This document shows positions 16,808 through 25,137 of a stretch of DNA of 32,000 nucleotides, in pieces. Each line of letters starts with the position of its first letter. Positions within the stretch are counted from its first letter, which is position 1. The DNA is from Acaryochloris marina MBIC11017. Its GTDB lineage: Bacteria; Cyanobacteriota; Cyanobacteriia; Thermosynechococcales; Thermosynechococcaceae. The stretch is taken from NCBI RefSeq assembly GCF_000018105.1, contig NC_009925.1, positions 540,001 to 572,000 of the forward strand, given 5' to 3'. The translations under genes and the position numbers were made by a program. The notes under the pieces were generated by a model that was not told where the DNA came from, did no database searches, and saw only the letters and a program-made list of their open reading frames with translations.

Positions 16808-17095
16808 ATGTCGATTTATGTTGGTAACCTCTCTTATGATGTTACAGAGCAAGACCTAAACACTGTTTTCGCAGAATATGGAACTGTAAAGTCCGCCAAA
16901 CTTCCTACTGACCGTGAAACAGGACGGGTGAGAGGATTTGGTTTTGTCGAGATGAGTGATGATGCCGAAGAAACCAAGGCAATTGAAGAACTAGATGGTG
17001 CTGAATGGATGGGACGCACCCTGAAAGTCAATAAAGCAAAACCTCGTGAAAATAGAGGCGGGGGTGGAAACTTTGGTGGCGGACGACGCTACTAA
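16808..17095 (+). CDS. RRM-type RNA-binding protein with a Gly-rich tail (cyanobacterial Rbp family).
   Basis: RNP2 IYVGNL, RNP1 RGFGFVEM and a C-terminal RGGGGNFGGGRRY. Confidence 0.95.
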   Translation: MSIYVGNLSYDVTEQDLNTVFAEYGTVKSAKLPTDRETGRVRGFGFVEMSDDAEETKAIEELDGAEWMGRTLKVNKAKPRENRGGGGNFGGGRRY

Positions 17096-17120
17096 AGCCC
17101 ATTTGGTTTGAGAAGATTTG

Positions 17121-17159
17121 ATCTCATAGCTCTAATATTTTGGGCTATGAGATTTTTTC
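17121..17159 (+). terminator. Rho-independent terminator of the rbp gene.
   Basis: Perfect 10-bp stem ATCTCATAGC / GCTATGAGAT (17121-17130 and 17144-17153) followed by TTTTT. Confidence 0.85.
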
Positions 17160-17342
17160 TTGCAATTTCTCTTATCCTTTAGCAAAGGGCTTGATCAACA
17201 AGACGAACAAGTCCCATTTGGTCTAGCGCTTGAGAGTTTGGACATGGATCTGAAATGGCTTGAGCTTTAAAAACGACTCAGATTAAATGACCCATTTCTT
17301 GTAACTCAACCTGTGGAATATCTCGGTATTTTTGATTGTGCG

Positions 17343-18172
17343 TCAACAAAGTGTGGGATAAGAAGTTAAGTCTCGCCATTGCCAAGGATGCTCCGTCAGC
17401 CCAGCTCGTTGGGCAGCCGTATTCTTGAATCGAGAGTGGTGCCAGATCCAGTTGAAATAAGCCAACACCAGTCTTAACGTTACTGCACTCTGTTGCCAGA
17501 CTTTGCCAAATTTATTCTGTCGTCGATGCCAGCGACTGGTCTGTTGACGTAGTATGCCATTGGTCCGCTCTAACCGTTGGGTCAGGGCTTTACTCACGTG
17601 ATGGATCACCTCATTGGCTAATTGTCTTGAATACCCTTCCCAGCCATCAGTTTGCCAATGGTGACAGGCAGTTTTGCCTTCAGTATTCTCAATTAATTCT
17701 TGAGCGAGTTCGTCGGTATGTTTGCCAATACGGCCACTGAGGACCAAGCCACTGTCTTTGGCTAGGCTTAATGCCACCCAGCAGTCCCCTACGTTCAATT
17801 CTTCTGGTTCACAGTGCTTTTGCTTTTTTTGACAAAGGACCACAACTCATCTGCATTGATGACGTTAGTCGAAACAGCGTGAACGTCTTGATTGTGAATC
17901 ATTTGGGCTTTATGGCTCGCTGAACGAATCACACTCACACAGGTGTTGTAAGCTACACCTGTGATGCGGGATAAGCCTCTGAGGCTACTGCCTTCAGCAT
18001 GAGATTGAAGGATGGTCTGGATGGTTTCAGAAGAGATCTGACGGCGATAATGAAGGGTATCAAAGGTCTCACTGAAGGTTTGGTGACAGTGGGGGCAACG
18101 GTAACGTTGGCTGCCTTTACTGGTTTTACCGTGTTTGTGGGTCTTTGGATGACCACATAAAGGACATTGCAT
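17343..18172 (-). CDS. IS1-family transposase (InsA-InsB fusion made by a programmed -1 frameshift).
   Basis: ORF1 (17795-18172) has a zinc finger CPLCG...CPHC and an HTH region. ORF2 (17343-17843) is in the -1 frame. Slipping on the A7 run gives ...DELWSFVKKKQKHCEPEELNVGDCWVAL..., which is continuous with the DDE region. Confidence 0.85.
17824..17830 (-). promoter_or_regulatory. A7 slippery heptamer (T7 on the + strand) for the -1 ribosomal frameshift.
   Basis: The minus strand reads GTC AAA AAA AGC. The two ORFs overlap at 17795-17843. Confidence 0.7.
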
Positions 18173-18583
18173 CAGAGGATAGGAATACTCTACTCCCTAT
18201 AGGTTTAACAAAACCACACTTCTTTGATGCACGACCCGATAAAGCACGAAATTCTAAATTTATAACCCATAGAATTGCAGGTCTAGCTTTATTAGGCACC
18301 CGTACAAATACCTAATGTATAGAAATAGCCTCTCAGGTCTTGACCCTGGTGGCCTCTGTAAAATTACTGAGACTATCGTATCGAAATATTTTTCAACTGA
18401 CGGGGGAAACCTCTAAATCCATAGATGATATAACGGCTCTAAGTATTTTTACGGATCACTTATTCCTAGATCTCCGTTTAAGTGACGAGTTGAGCAAATC
18501 CGTTGATGCACGTTCTCGCCTTTCATCAAAAACCGGTTCTCTCTTGGAACTGAGAAAACCGGTTGAATGGGATGTAATGAGGT

Positions 18584-18952
18584 TTAGTGGGAATGACTAG
18601 TTGCAGGGACTTCTGAGGGCTGCAATAGGCTCAAAAGATTTCCATCTGGGGTGCGCATGGCAGCAACCTTACCAAAGGCAGGTTCTCTAACACGACCTTC
18701 GAGTTGGGCACCTAGGGATTCAAGGTTTGCGATCGCAGCATGTACATCTTCAACATGAAAACTCAAAATAGGAGAATCACCCCCTGCCGTTTCACCTGCT
18801 GCATGAAGCGCAATCGTAGTCCCGCCCGCATCTAGCTCTGCCCAACCGGGACTTTGCATTTTTACGGTTAATCCCAGCCCTTCTGAGTAAAACTTTACGG
18901 TTGCTGGAATGTCTTTGACCATGAGCATGACATGTTTAAATTCAGCGGCCAT
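18584..18952 (-). CDS. VOC-family (glyoxalase / bleomycin-resistance / dioxygenase fold) protein.
   Basis: FKHVMLMVKDIPATVKFYSEGLGL is a typical N-terminal beta-alpha-beta motif. The ATG at 18952 has AGGA 9 nt upstream; the track start at 18985 is less likely. Confidence 0.8.
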   Translation of the reverse strand: MAAEFKHVMLMVKDIPATVKFYSEGLGLTVKMQSPGWAELDAGGTTIALHAAGETAGGDSPILSFHVEDVHAAIANLESLGAQLEGRVREPAFGKVAAMRTPDGNLLSLLQPSEVPATSHSH

Positions 18953-19202
18953 ATTATTGATTCCTAAACGCCAATCACTGATCATGGTGACATTTTTTCA
19001 ATCGGTCGTGGCCTAGATCTTAGTAAATGCAAACGTTTGATCATGGTTTGTTGATGAGAGGGCTGCGATATTAGTTCTCTATGGGATATCAAAGACGAGT
19101 GCTAGGAAGATGGGAGCAATACTTATTCCAAGGCTTGAAGGGATAACCTTCTAATGTCTGACCTACTTCCATATTCTGTAAAGTGATGGGTTTATTCTTT
19201 CC

Positions 19203-19691
19203 TTACGGCAGCAAAGATAACAAATCAAATTCCTGGCGGATATCTAACAGCGATTGCTCAAGCAACGGCTCGAAATCCAGAAATGGCAGCAGCTTCTGAC
19301 GGTTACGAGTTCTAATCCAAATGGGAATCAGGTCAATCAATACTGAAGGCAGGACGCTCAACACTGCTCCATATAGCCAAAGCGCTCCTTTTTCTCGAAT
19401 CATATCGTCATACATCACATCAACTGCAGGGGAATTTTTCATCTTCAGATACGTCTGAAATGTACATTCACTCGTCCACCAAAAGAGCGGCAGAATTTTT
19501 AGCTCATCGTGCATACCTGTATCGCAGCCATAAATCACATGACCCACATCATGTGCCCGTAAAATCTTGCCAAAGTGAGTGGGTTGAGTCGTTGGATTTG
19601 TGACATGCGGATTGCATGCATAGTACTCAATTAGCCCTTCTCTCAGGGTTTGAGTACTTTTTTTATCCATATACAGGGGTTGTTGACTCAT
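19203..19691 (-). CDS. Hypothetical protein, Coq4-like (HDxxH-x11-E motif).
   Basis: AHDVGHVIYGCDTGMHDELK fits the Coq4-family metal-binding signature. At 162 aa it is shorter than eukaryotic Coq4. Confidence 0.6.
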   Translation of the reverse strand: MSQQPLYMDKKSTQTLREGLIEYYACNPHVTNPTTQPTHFGKILRAHDVGHVIYGCDTGMHDELKILPLFWWTSECTFQTYLKMKNSPAVDVMYDDMIREKGALWLYGAVLSVLPSVLIDLIPIWIRTRNRQKLLPFLDFEPLLEQSLLDIRQEFDLLSLLP

Positions 19692-19693
19692 TT

Positions 19694-19721
19694 AATTACG
19701 ATACGTATCTGTATCGTAATT
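19694..19721. promoter_or_regulatory. Candidate TetR operator: perfect 11-bp inverted repeat.
   Basis: AATTACGATAC-gtatct-GTATCGTAATT fills most of the 43-bp gap between the divergent start codons at 19691 and 19735. Confidence 0.65.
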
Positions 19722-19734
19722 CATAATAGCATCT

Positions 19735-20322
19735 ATGAAAGATGCCTACAAAAAGTCGCCGGGGAGACCGCGCAGTGTTTCGTCTCAACGGGCCATGTTG
19801 AAAGCCACGCTGGAACTACTGGCCGAAGTAGGTTTTGAGAAGATGAGCATGGATGCGATCGCAACACGCGCAGGAATAGGCAAGACAACCATCTATCGGC
19901 GATATGCCAATAAAGATGAACTTGTTGCTGATGCCATCGAAAGTGTGCGGGAAGAAATACGCGTTCCCGATACAGGGAATCTTTGGGGGGATATGGATGC
20001 CTTAATCGAAAATGCAACACAAATAACCCTGACCCCACTCGGGAAGCAAGCTGTTGCCATGATTATTAGTAGTGCATCTAGTAATGCTAAGTTCGCGCGA
20101 GTTTACTGGGAAAAATATCTTCTACCTCGAAAACAAGCTTTCGCCAGCGTTATTGAACGGGCAAAAGTAAGACAGGAAGTTGCAAGTGATGTGGATGCAG
20201 GTTTAGTGTTCGACACGATGAGCGGCATTATGCTCTATGCATTAATCTTTCCACCGGAAGAAGCTTGGACGGACTATATCCGCCGTTCACTCAGCTTGGT
20301 ACTCAGACCTATGCCGAAATAG
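19735..20322 (+). CDS. TetR/AcrR-family transcriptional regulator.
   Basis: N-terminal HTH MSMDAIATRAGIGKTTIYRRYANKDELV followed by a helical C-terminal ligand domain. Confidence 0.9.
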   Translation: MKDAYKKSPGRPRSVSSQRAMLKATLELLAEVGFEKMSMDAIATRAGIGKTTIYRRYANKDELVADAIESVREEIRVPDTGNLWGDMDALIENATQITLTPLGKQAVAMIISSASSNAKFARVYWEKYLLPRKQAFASVIERAKVRQEVASDVDAGLVFDTMSGIMLYALIFPPEEAWTDYIRRSLSLVLRPMPK

Positions 20323-20438
20323 TCCCATTTTTAGAATACTTCTGATTGAAGTGCTCAGGTGTCAGCCTTGGTGAGAGTTAGGAGTTCAGCATCTCTTGAG
20401 CTGAGATGAATGGATGAACCGAGAATTGTATCCACTTC

Positions 20439-20993
20439 TCATTCATTAACCCGAATGACTCTACAAGGGTTCCCAACTGCCACCACATTGGCAGGAATAC
20501 TTTTGGATACCAGACTGCCAGCACCGATCACAGCATTTTCGCCAATATCAACCCCAGGCAAAATAATTGAACCCCCTCCAACCCAGGTATTGGAGCCGAT
20601 GGTGATAGGCTTTGCAAACTCGAACCCTTGCAATCTTTTGGCATTATCCAAAGAATGTCCAGCTGTGTAGACCTGAACATTGGGGCCGAATTTTACAAAA
20701 TCACCGATGATCACCAACGAACAATCGAGAATGACGCAGTTGAAATTCAGATAGACATTCTGCCCCAGGAAGAGGTTATAGCCATAATCAAAGAAAAAGG
20801 GTGGCTCAATATAGCAATCTGTCCCGTGTGAGCCAAAGGATTGCACTAGAATTTCCAGCTTCTCGGGACTGCATCCAGGGGTTGCGTTAAACTCATGGCA
20901 TTTTGTATGAGCTAGCGTCCGTTCCCTCGTTAATTCCGCATCAGAAGCGAGGTAATCTGCCCCTGCGAGCATTTTCTGTTTTTCACTTAGCAT
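20439..20993 (-). CDS. Sugar O-acetyltransferase (maltose/galactoside acetyltransferase-like, left-handed beta-helix).
   Basis: N-terminal Mac domain (EKQKMLAGADYLASDAELTRERTLAHTKCHEFN) and hexapeptide repeats (IGSNTWVGGGSIILPGVDIGENAVIGAGSLV). Confidence 0.85.
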   Translation of the reverse strand: MLSEKQKMLAGADYLASDAELTRERTLAHTKCHEFNATPGCSPEKLEILVQSFGSHGTDCYIEPPFFFDYGYNLFLGQNVYLNFNCVILDCSLVIIGDFVKFGPNVQVYTAGHSLDNAKRLQGFEFAKPITIGSNTWVGGGSIILPGVDIGENAVIGAGSLVSKSIPANVVAVGNPCRVIRVNE

Positions 20994-21041
20994 TTGAAAT
21001 GACAGACTGAGCCCTATTGAGTAGGGGGATATCTGGGAAAA

Positions 21042-22316
21042 TTATCGGCCAGATGTGGTCCCCACTAAAGTGCGTTTAGTTGTTGAAGCCTGATTTTTGC
21101 TGATTGCCTCTTCCCATAGCTCCACCAGGGTTTGAAATGCTCGGTCCCAACTGTAGCTTTCAACGCTGGATGGCGCATAATCTCCCATCCCTCGTCGCAG
21201 GGTCGGACTTTCGATTAGGGCTTGAAGCTTGCTGGCAAAGTCATGGACCGATTGGGGTTCATACAGATAGCCGTTGCAACCATGCTCAATGTTTTCAACG
21301 ACCCCACCCGCTCGGGGAGCGACGACTGGAATCCCTGAAGCAAAGGCTTCTAGGATGGTTAGACCTCGGGCCTCTTTTTCTGAAGTGGTGATATGAATAT
21401 CGCTATTGGCCAGTAGCACAGGAATTTGAGTGGGATCGACCCGACCTAAAAGATGAACATGGGGGGTTAAAGCCCCTAACTCTTCCGCAATTTCTTCCCG
21501 CATCGAGCCATCGCCCGCCACAATCAGCGCCACCTTATCGCGATCAATACGGGGTAAAAATTCTCGCATTGCTTTGAAGGTAAATCCCCAGCCCTTATCC
21601 GGGGTAAGCCGTCCAACAAACACTAGTTTGACTTGCTGATCCACCTCCGGTAGATCGTAATTCTGGGCAAAGTAGTTAGGCTGGCGTAGGTTAGGACTAA
21701 ACTGATCAGTATCAAAGCCTACCAACCCTGCGTACCGGCTGTTTTTAATCCCCAGCTTGATAATTTTTTCTTGCGTAATTGGACTGGTGGTAAAGGTCTG
21801 ATCGTAAGCGTTATACACCCGTCGCAGCAGTAGCTTAAATACATTCTGGAGGCCAGCAATAGCAGCGGCAGGCCAGTCGAAATAGTCCTCTGCATACTCA
21901 ATAAAATTCGTGCGGTAAAAGCAAACACAGGGGATGCCAGCTTGCTTAGCATAGTTGATGCCGGGGGGTTGCAAAAGCCCTACAGACAGTCGTTCGGGTT
22001 CATCTACATGCAGGATATCTGGCTGAAATTCTTCTAAAGATTGCATCAAATAGGGGCGGGCTCGCCAACTGACATTGCGCTCAAAATCCAGCCCCATAAA
22101 AGCATCACTGGGGAGGTTGACGACCTCAATATTAGGGAGAATCTCACCCGTGTAATCCTGCCAGTTCGGATAGACACTCGCTAATGAACTGTAGTCAGGG
22201 CAAAAGACCCGGACTTGATGTCCCCACTGGCTCAGCTTTTTCATCCGGTTGAAGTCAGCAACGGTAACGCCATCGACAACCGGCAAGAAACCAGAGGTAA
22301 TGATTGCAATCTTCAT
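21042..22316 (-). CDS. Family 4 (GT-B fold) glycosyltransferase.
   Basis: MKIAIITSGFLPVVDGV N-terminus, E-x7-E motif (EARGLTILE) and GGVVENIEHGCNGYL. The start overlaps the MFS stop (ATGA at 22313-22316). Confidence 0.85.
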   Translation of the reverse strand: MKIAIITSGFLPVVDGVTVADFNRMKKLSQWGHQVRVFCPDYSSLASVYPNWQDYTGEILPNIEVVNLPSDAFMGLDFERNVSWRARPYLMQSLEEFQPDILHVDEPERLSVGLLQPPGINYAKQAGIPCVCFYRTNFIEYAEDYFDWPAAAIAGLQNVFKLLLRRVYNAYDQTFTTSPITQEKIIKLGIKNSRYAGLVGFDTDQFSPNLRQPNYFAQNYDLPEVDQQVKLVFVGRLTPDKGWGFTFKAMREFLPRIDRDKVALIVAGDGSMREEIAEELGALTPHVHLLGRVDPTQIPVLLANSDIHITTSEKEARGLTILEAFASGIPVVAPRAGGVVENIEHGCNGYLYEPQSVHDFASKLQALIESPTLRRGMGDYAPSSVESYSWDRAFQTLVELWEEAISKNQASTTKRTLVGTTSGR

Positions 22317-23665
22317 GGAGAGGTTGCCTCTTCAAAACTATAAGCATCAGGGATTTCCGATTTGGAGACGGGGCGATCTAGGGTTTTAACGGTTGGAATC
22401 TCTACATCCAAGCGGCGTAAGCGACGACTTCTAAACGCCATAGCAGTGGCTACCAGGTTACCGATTCCCATCATCAGCACCATCAGGGCAATCCCTCTAC
22501 CTTCCCCAATTCCGCCAATGTAGGGACCTACCGTTTCAGCAAACGGCCCACCCGCCATCAGGGGTTCTAGGAAGTTCTCGACTAAAGGACCCACGACAAT
22601 ATAGGCAAAAATTGCCAGAGACTTTTCAATCATTTGTTGCAGTGCAAATACTCGCCCTTGGTAATGCTGGGGGACTTTACTCTGCCAAATAGCCTGGTTG
22701 CAGCTAACAATAATGGGTTGAGCGAATAAGTAGACAAACAGTCCCATGGCCGCCAGCGGAATGGAGGTTTGGAGTGCTGCCATCAGCATAATTCCAGCCT
22801 GTAGGGGGATGAAGTAGAGCAAACCATAGACCCGGCGTTTAGGGCCGCCCCAAGCGGTCATAACAATACTGCCCAGTAGCAACCCACTGCCCCCGATGGA
22901 GAGCACATAGCCAAGCTCTTCCCGAGAACCAAAATCCAAAATCAATGGCCAAAACACAACTTCCAAGATGCCTACGGAAAAGAAGTTAGTGGACATAAAG
23001 AGCAGTAATCGAGATAAACCAGGGCGTTTGGTGATATATCGCCAGGCAAACTGCATTTCTTGAAGGAGCCGCCGGATTTGGGGCGGTTTGGTCGGCCGGG
23101 TGCGAACGATTTTGGGGAAGCGGGCAATTAACAGGGTTGAGAGGGCGATCAAAAAGGTACTGAAGTCGATGATTAAGATGCCGCCAATACCCACAATGCC
23201 GATCAGGAAACCTGCGATCGCAGGTGAGATCACCCGAGCGATACCGCGAGAAATCTGGACCATGCCGTTCATACGGCTATATTGGCTAGCCGGAGTTAGC
23301 TGAGAGATGGCGGCCGTGTAGGCAGGCACTTGGAAGGCATTAAAAATAGAGTTAACACCCACCGCCAGGTAGATATGCCAAATCTCCAGCTGATTCGTCA
23401 GGACTAGGGCACCAATAATCAGCGTGCCAATGCCGGCTGCTGCATCACTGAGAATCATTGCCCAGCGACGGTCCCATCGGTCCACGAGGGACCCCGCAAT
23501 GGGTGAGATCAGGGTATTGGGCAAGTAGGTGAACAAGATCACCAGCGCCAGCTGGCTAATCGACTGATTTTGTTGATAAACCCATACTCCGAGGGCAAAC
23601 TCTGTCAGTTTTGTCCCTAACAGGGAAACGACTTGTCCTAACCAAATCAGCAGAAATGTTTGCAT
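22313..23665 (-). CDS. MFS transporter.
   Basis: About 12 hydrophobic helices and the loop 2-3 signature GSLVDRWDRR. Confidence 0.85.
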   Translation of the reverse strand: MQTFLLIWLGQVVSLLGTKLTEFALGVWVYQQNQSISQLALVILFTYLPNTLISPIAGSLVDRWDRRWAMILSDAAAGIGTLIIGALVLTNQLEIWHIYLAVGVNSIFNAFQVPAYTAAISQLTPASQYSRMNGMVQISRGIARVISPAIAGFLIGIVGIGGILIIDFSTFLIALSTLLIARFPKIVRTRPTKPPQIRRLLQEMQFAWRYITKRPGLSRLLLFMSTNFFSVGILEVVFWPLILDFGSREELGYVLSIGGSGLLLGSIVMTAWGGPKRRVYGLLYFIPLQAGIMLMAALQTSIPLAAMGLFVYLFAQPIIVSCNQAIWQSKVPQHYQGRVFALQQMIEKSLAIFAYIVVGPLVENFLEPLMAGGPFAETVGPYIGGIGEGRGIALMVLMMGIGNLVATAMAFRSRRLRRLDVEIPTVKTLDRPVSKSEIPDAYSFEEATSP

Positions 23666-23932
23666 CTAGCTCCTTGACACCTTTGCGACAAAATCAGCAG
23701 GTTGTTTCCCTGGGAAAAACGGCTTCAGGAGGCCCCTAAACGTCTTGATGGGGCTGGGCAGCAGCAACCCATAGCCAATCCAAGAGGCTAATGTTTGATG
23801 TAGCCAATTCCCTAAAACAGGTTGATGTCCGACTCGCGCATCATTTGGAATGAATATTTCAAACTGCTGGAGTGAATCCCCCATCCAAGAAGTCGAAACG
23901 GCGAATATGGGTTTTCTTGATTTAAAATCCAT
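23666..23932 (-). CDS. Small hypothetical protein at the head of the MFS operon.
   Basis: The TAG stop abuts the MFS ATG (TAGATG). The ATG at 23932 has AGGAAA about 7 nt upstream; the track's longer start at 23983 has no SD sequence. I recognise no family. Confidence 0.45.
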   Translation of the reverse strand: MDFKSRKPIFAVSTSWMGDSLQQFEIFIPNDARVGHQPVLGNWLHQTLASWIGYGLLLPSPIKTFRGLLKPFFPGKQPADFVAKVSRS

Positions 23933-24344
23933 AGAATTTTTCCTAAGCCATGGAGAGGAAGCATGAAGAAAACTTCTGCTCATTCAAAACTTGGATAACG
24001 ACGGTTTGGGGGAATTGTTGAATTAAGTATTGCTACTACAGTAATTAGGTTTAATCTAGACTGGTTTTAACCGTTTGATTTAGCCAGCGAGATGAATCAT
24101 TCTGCAACACACTTTTAACGCTAGCTAGTAGCAATCTAATGACATAAAAGATTCAGATTTTGTTTCCTTGAAGGAATCATGAATGCCTTCAGCTACTGGT
24201 CATTAGGACTTAAATGTCGATAGCTAGAAGGTACGTTAAATGGAGGTTAAGGGTTAAATCTGAAAAGTCATCTATTTAACACGATGCTATTGCGTGAAAT
24301 TAAAGTCAAACCCTAGTGTTTAGATTTCTTAAGTGTCCAGTGTT

Positions 24345-24827
24345 ATGCCTATTTTTTCATTAGAAATCAGAAAAGCAAGCTGTGAGGATTTACCTGCACT
24401 CAACCAGCTAGCCTTTCAGTCAAAAGCCTATTGGGGATATTCTTCTGATTTTATGGCAGCCTGTCGGCCTGAACTAACCTACACCGCAGCACATATTAAT
24501 CAACCCCAATATCATTTTTTTCTAGGTGAAAAAGAAAATTGTTTAATTGGCTTTTATGGACTAGAACACCTGTCTACCCATGAGATGGAGCTGATTGCCC
24601 TGTTTGTATCCCCCAGTTCTATCGGGCAGGGCTATGGCAAATATCTGATCCATCATGCCCAACGCCAAGCTGCTATTTGGGAGACTCAATCGATTCTGAT
24701 TCAGAGCGATCCTAATGCGGAGACCTTTTACCGTAATGTAGGAGCTTACCGGATTGGCCAAACTGAATCTGAGAGCATTCCTGATCGTTTCTTACCGTTG
24801 TTAAAGCTTGACTTACGAGAGGATTGA
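24345..24827 (+). CDS. GNAT-family N-acetyltransferase.
   Basis: Acetyl-CoA motif A (IGQGYGKYLIHHA). The ATG at 24345 lies four codons inside the track's GTG at 24333. Confidence 0.85.
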   Translation: MPIFSLEIRKASCEDLPALNQLAFQSKAYWGYSSDFMAACRPELTYTAAHINQPQYHFFLGEKENCLIGFYGLEHLSTHEMELIALFVSPSSIGQGYGKYLIHHAQRQAAIWETQSILIQSDPNAETFYRNVGAYRIGQTESESIPDRFLPLLKLDLRED

Positions 24828-25137
24828 TGGGCTGCTTCTGAGAACACTTTTTAATAAGAGCGCTAAAAACGTCATCAGATTCGAATTTTCCTGTTAAGAG
24901 TCAGCTGTTTCTGGGGGTACACTAAGGCTGGTGAGGGTTTGGCTACTTTTGGTCCTGTTGTTTGATCATGATGAGTATTACACTCCATAAGCTGTTCTGA
25001 ATAAGGGCCGTTGTACATTCTGATGTTGGCAGAAGGCTGCAACGATAGATATTTCAAACATAGTTTGGGGGAACCGTCTCTTTCGTTAAAGAGATGGGCA
25101 GGGCAATTAAAAATAGGCGGTCGCAGAGTAAACGAGG

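Larger units (their letters stand above)
17338..18232 (-). mobile_element. IS1-family insertion sequence, about 895 bp.
   Basis: Terminal inverted repeats GTGCGTCAACAAAGTGTGG (17338-17356) and the reverse complement of 18214-18232 (GTGCATCAAAGAAGTGTGG) match at 16 of 19 positions. They enclose two overlapping ORFs arranged like insA/insB. I could not find a target-site duplication. Confidence 0.8.

Noticed and set aside
18340-18600. 86-aa + strand ORF between IS1 and the VOC gene.
   Set aside because: It has a TTG start and no SD sequence, its composition is not protein-like, it overlaps the VOC 3' end, and it has no recognisable motif. It may be debris from the IS insertion site.
19733-20038. 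101-aa minus-strand ORF overlapping the TetR gene, and the 62-aa + ORF at 19650-19838.
   Set aside because: They are antisense to, or out of frame with, clear TetR and Coq4-like genes, and their sequence is rich in Arg, Leu, Pro and His, as is typical of a wrong frame.
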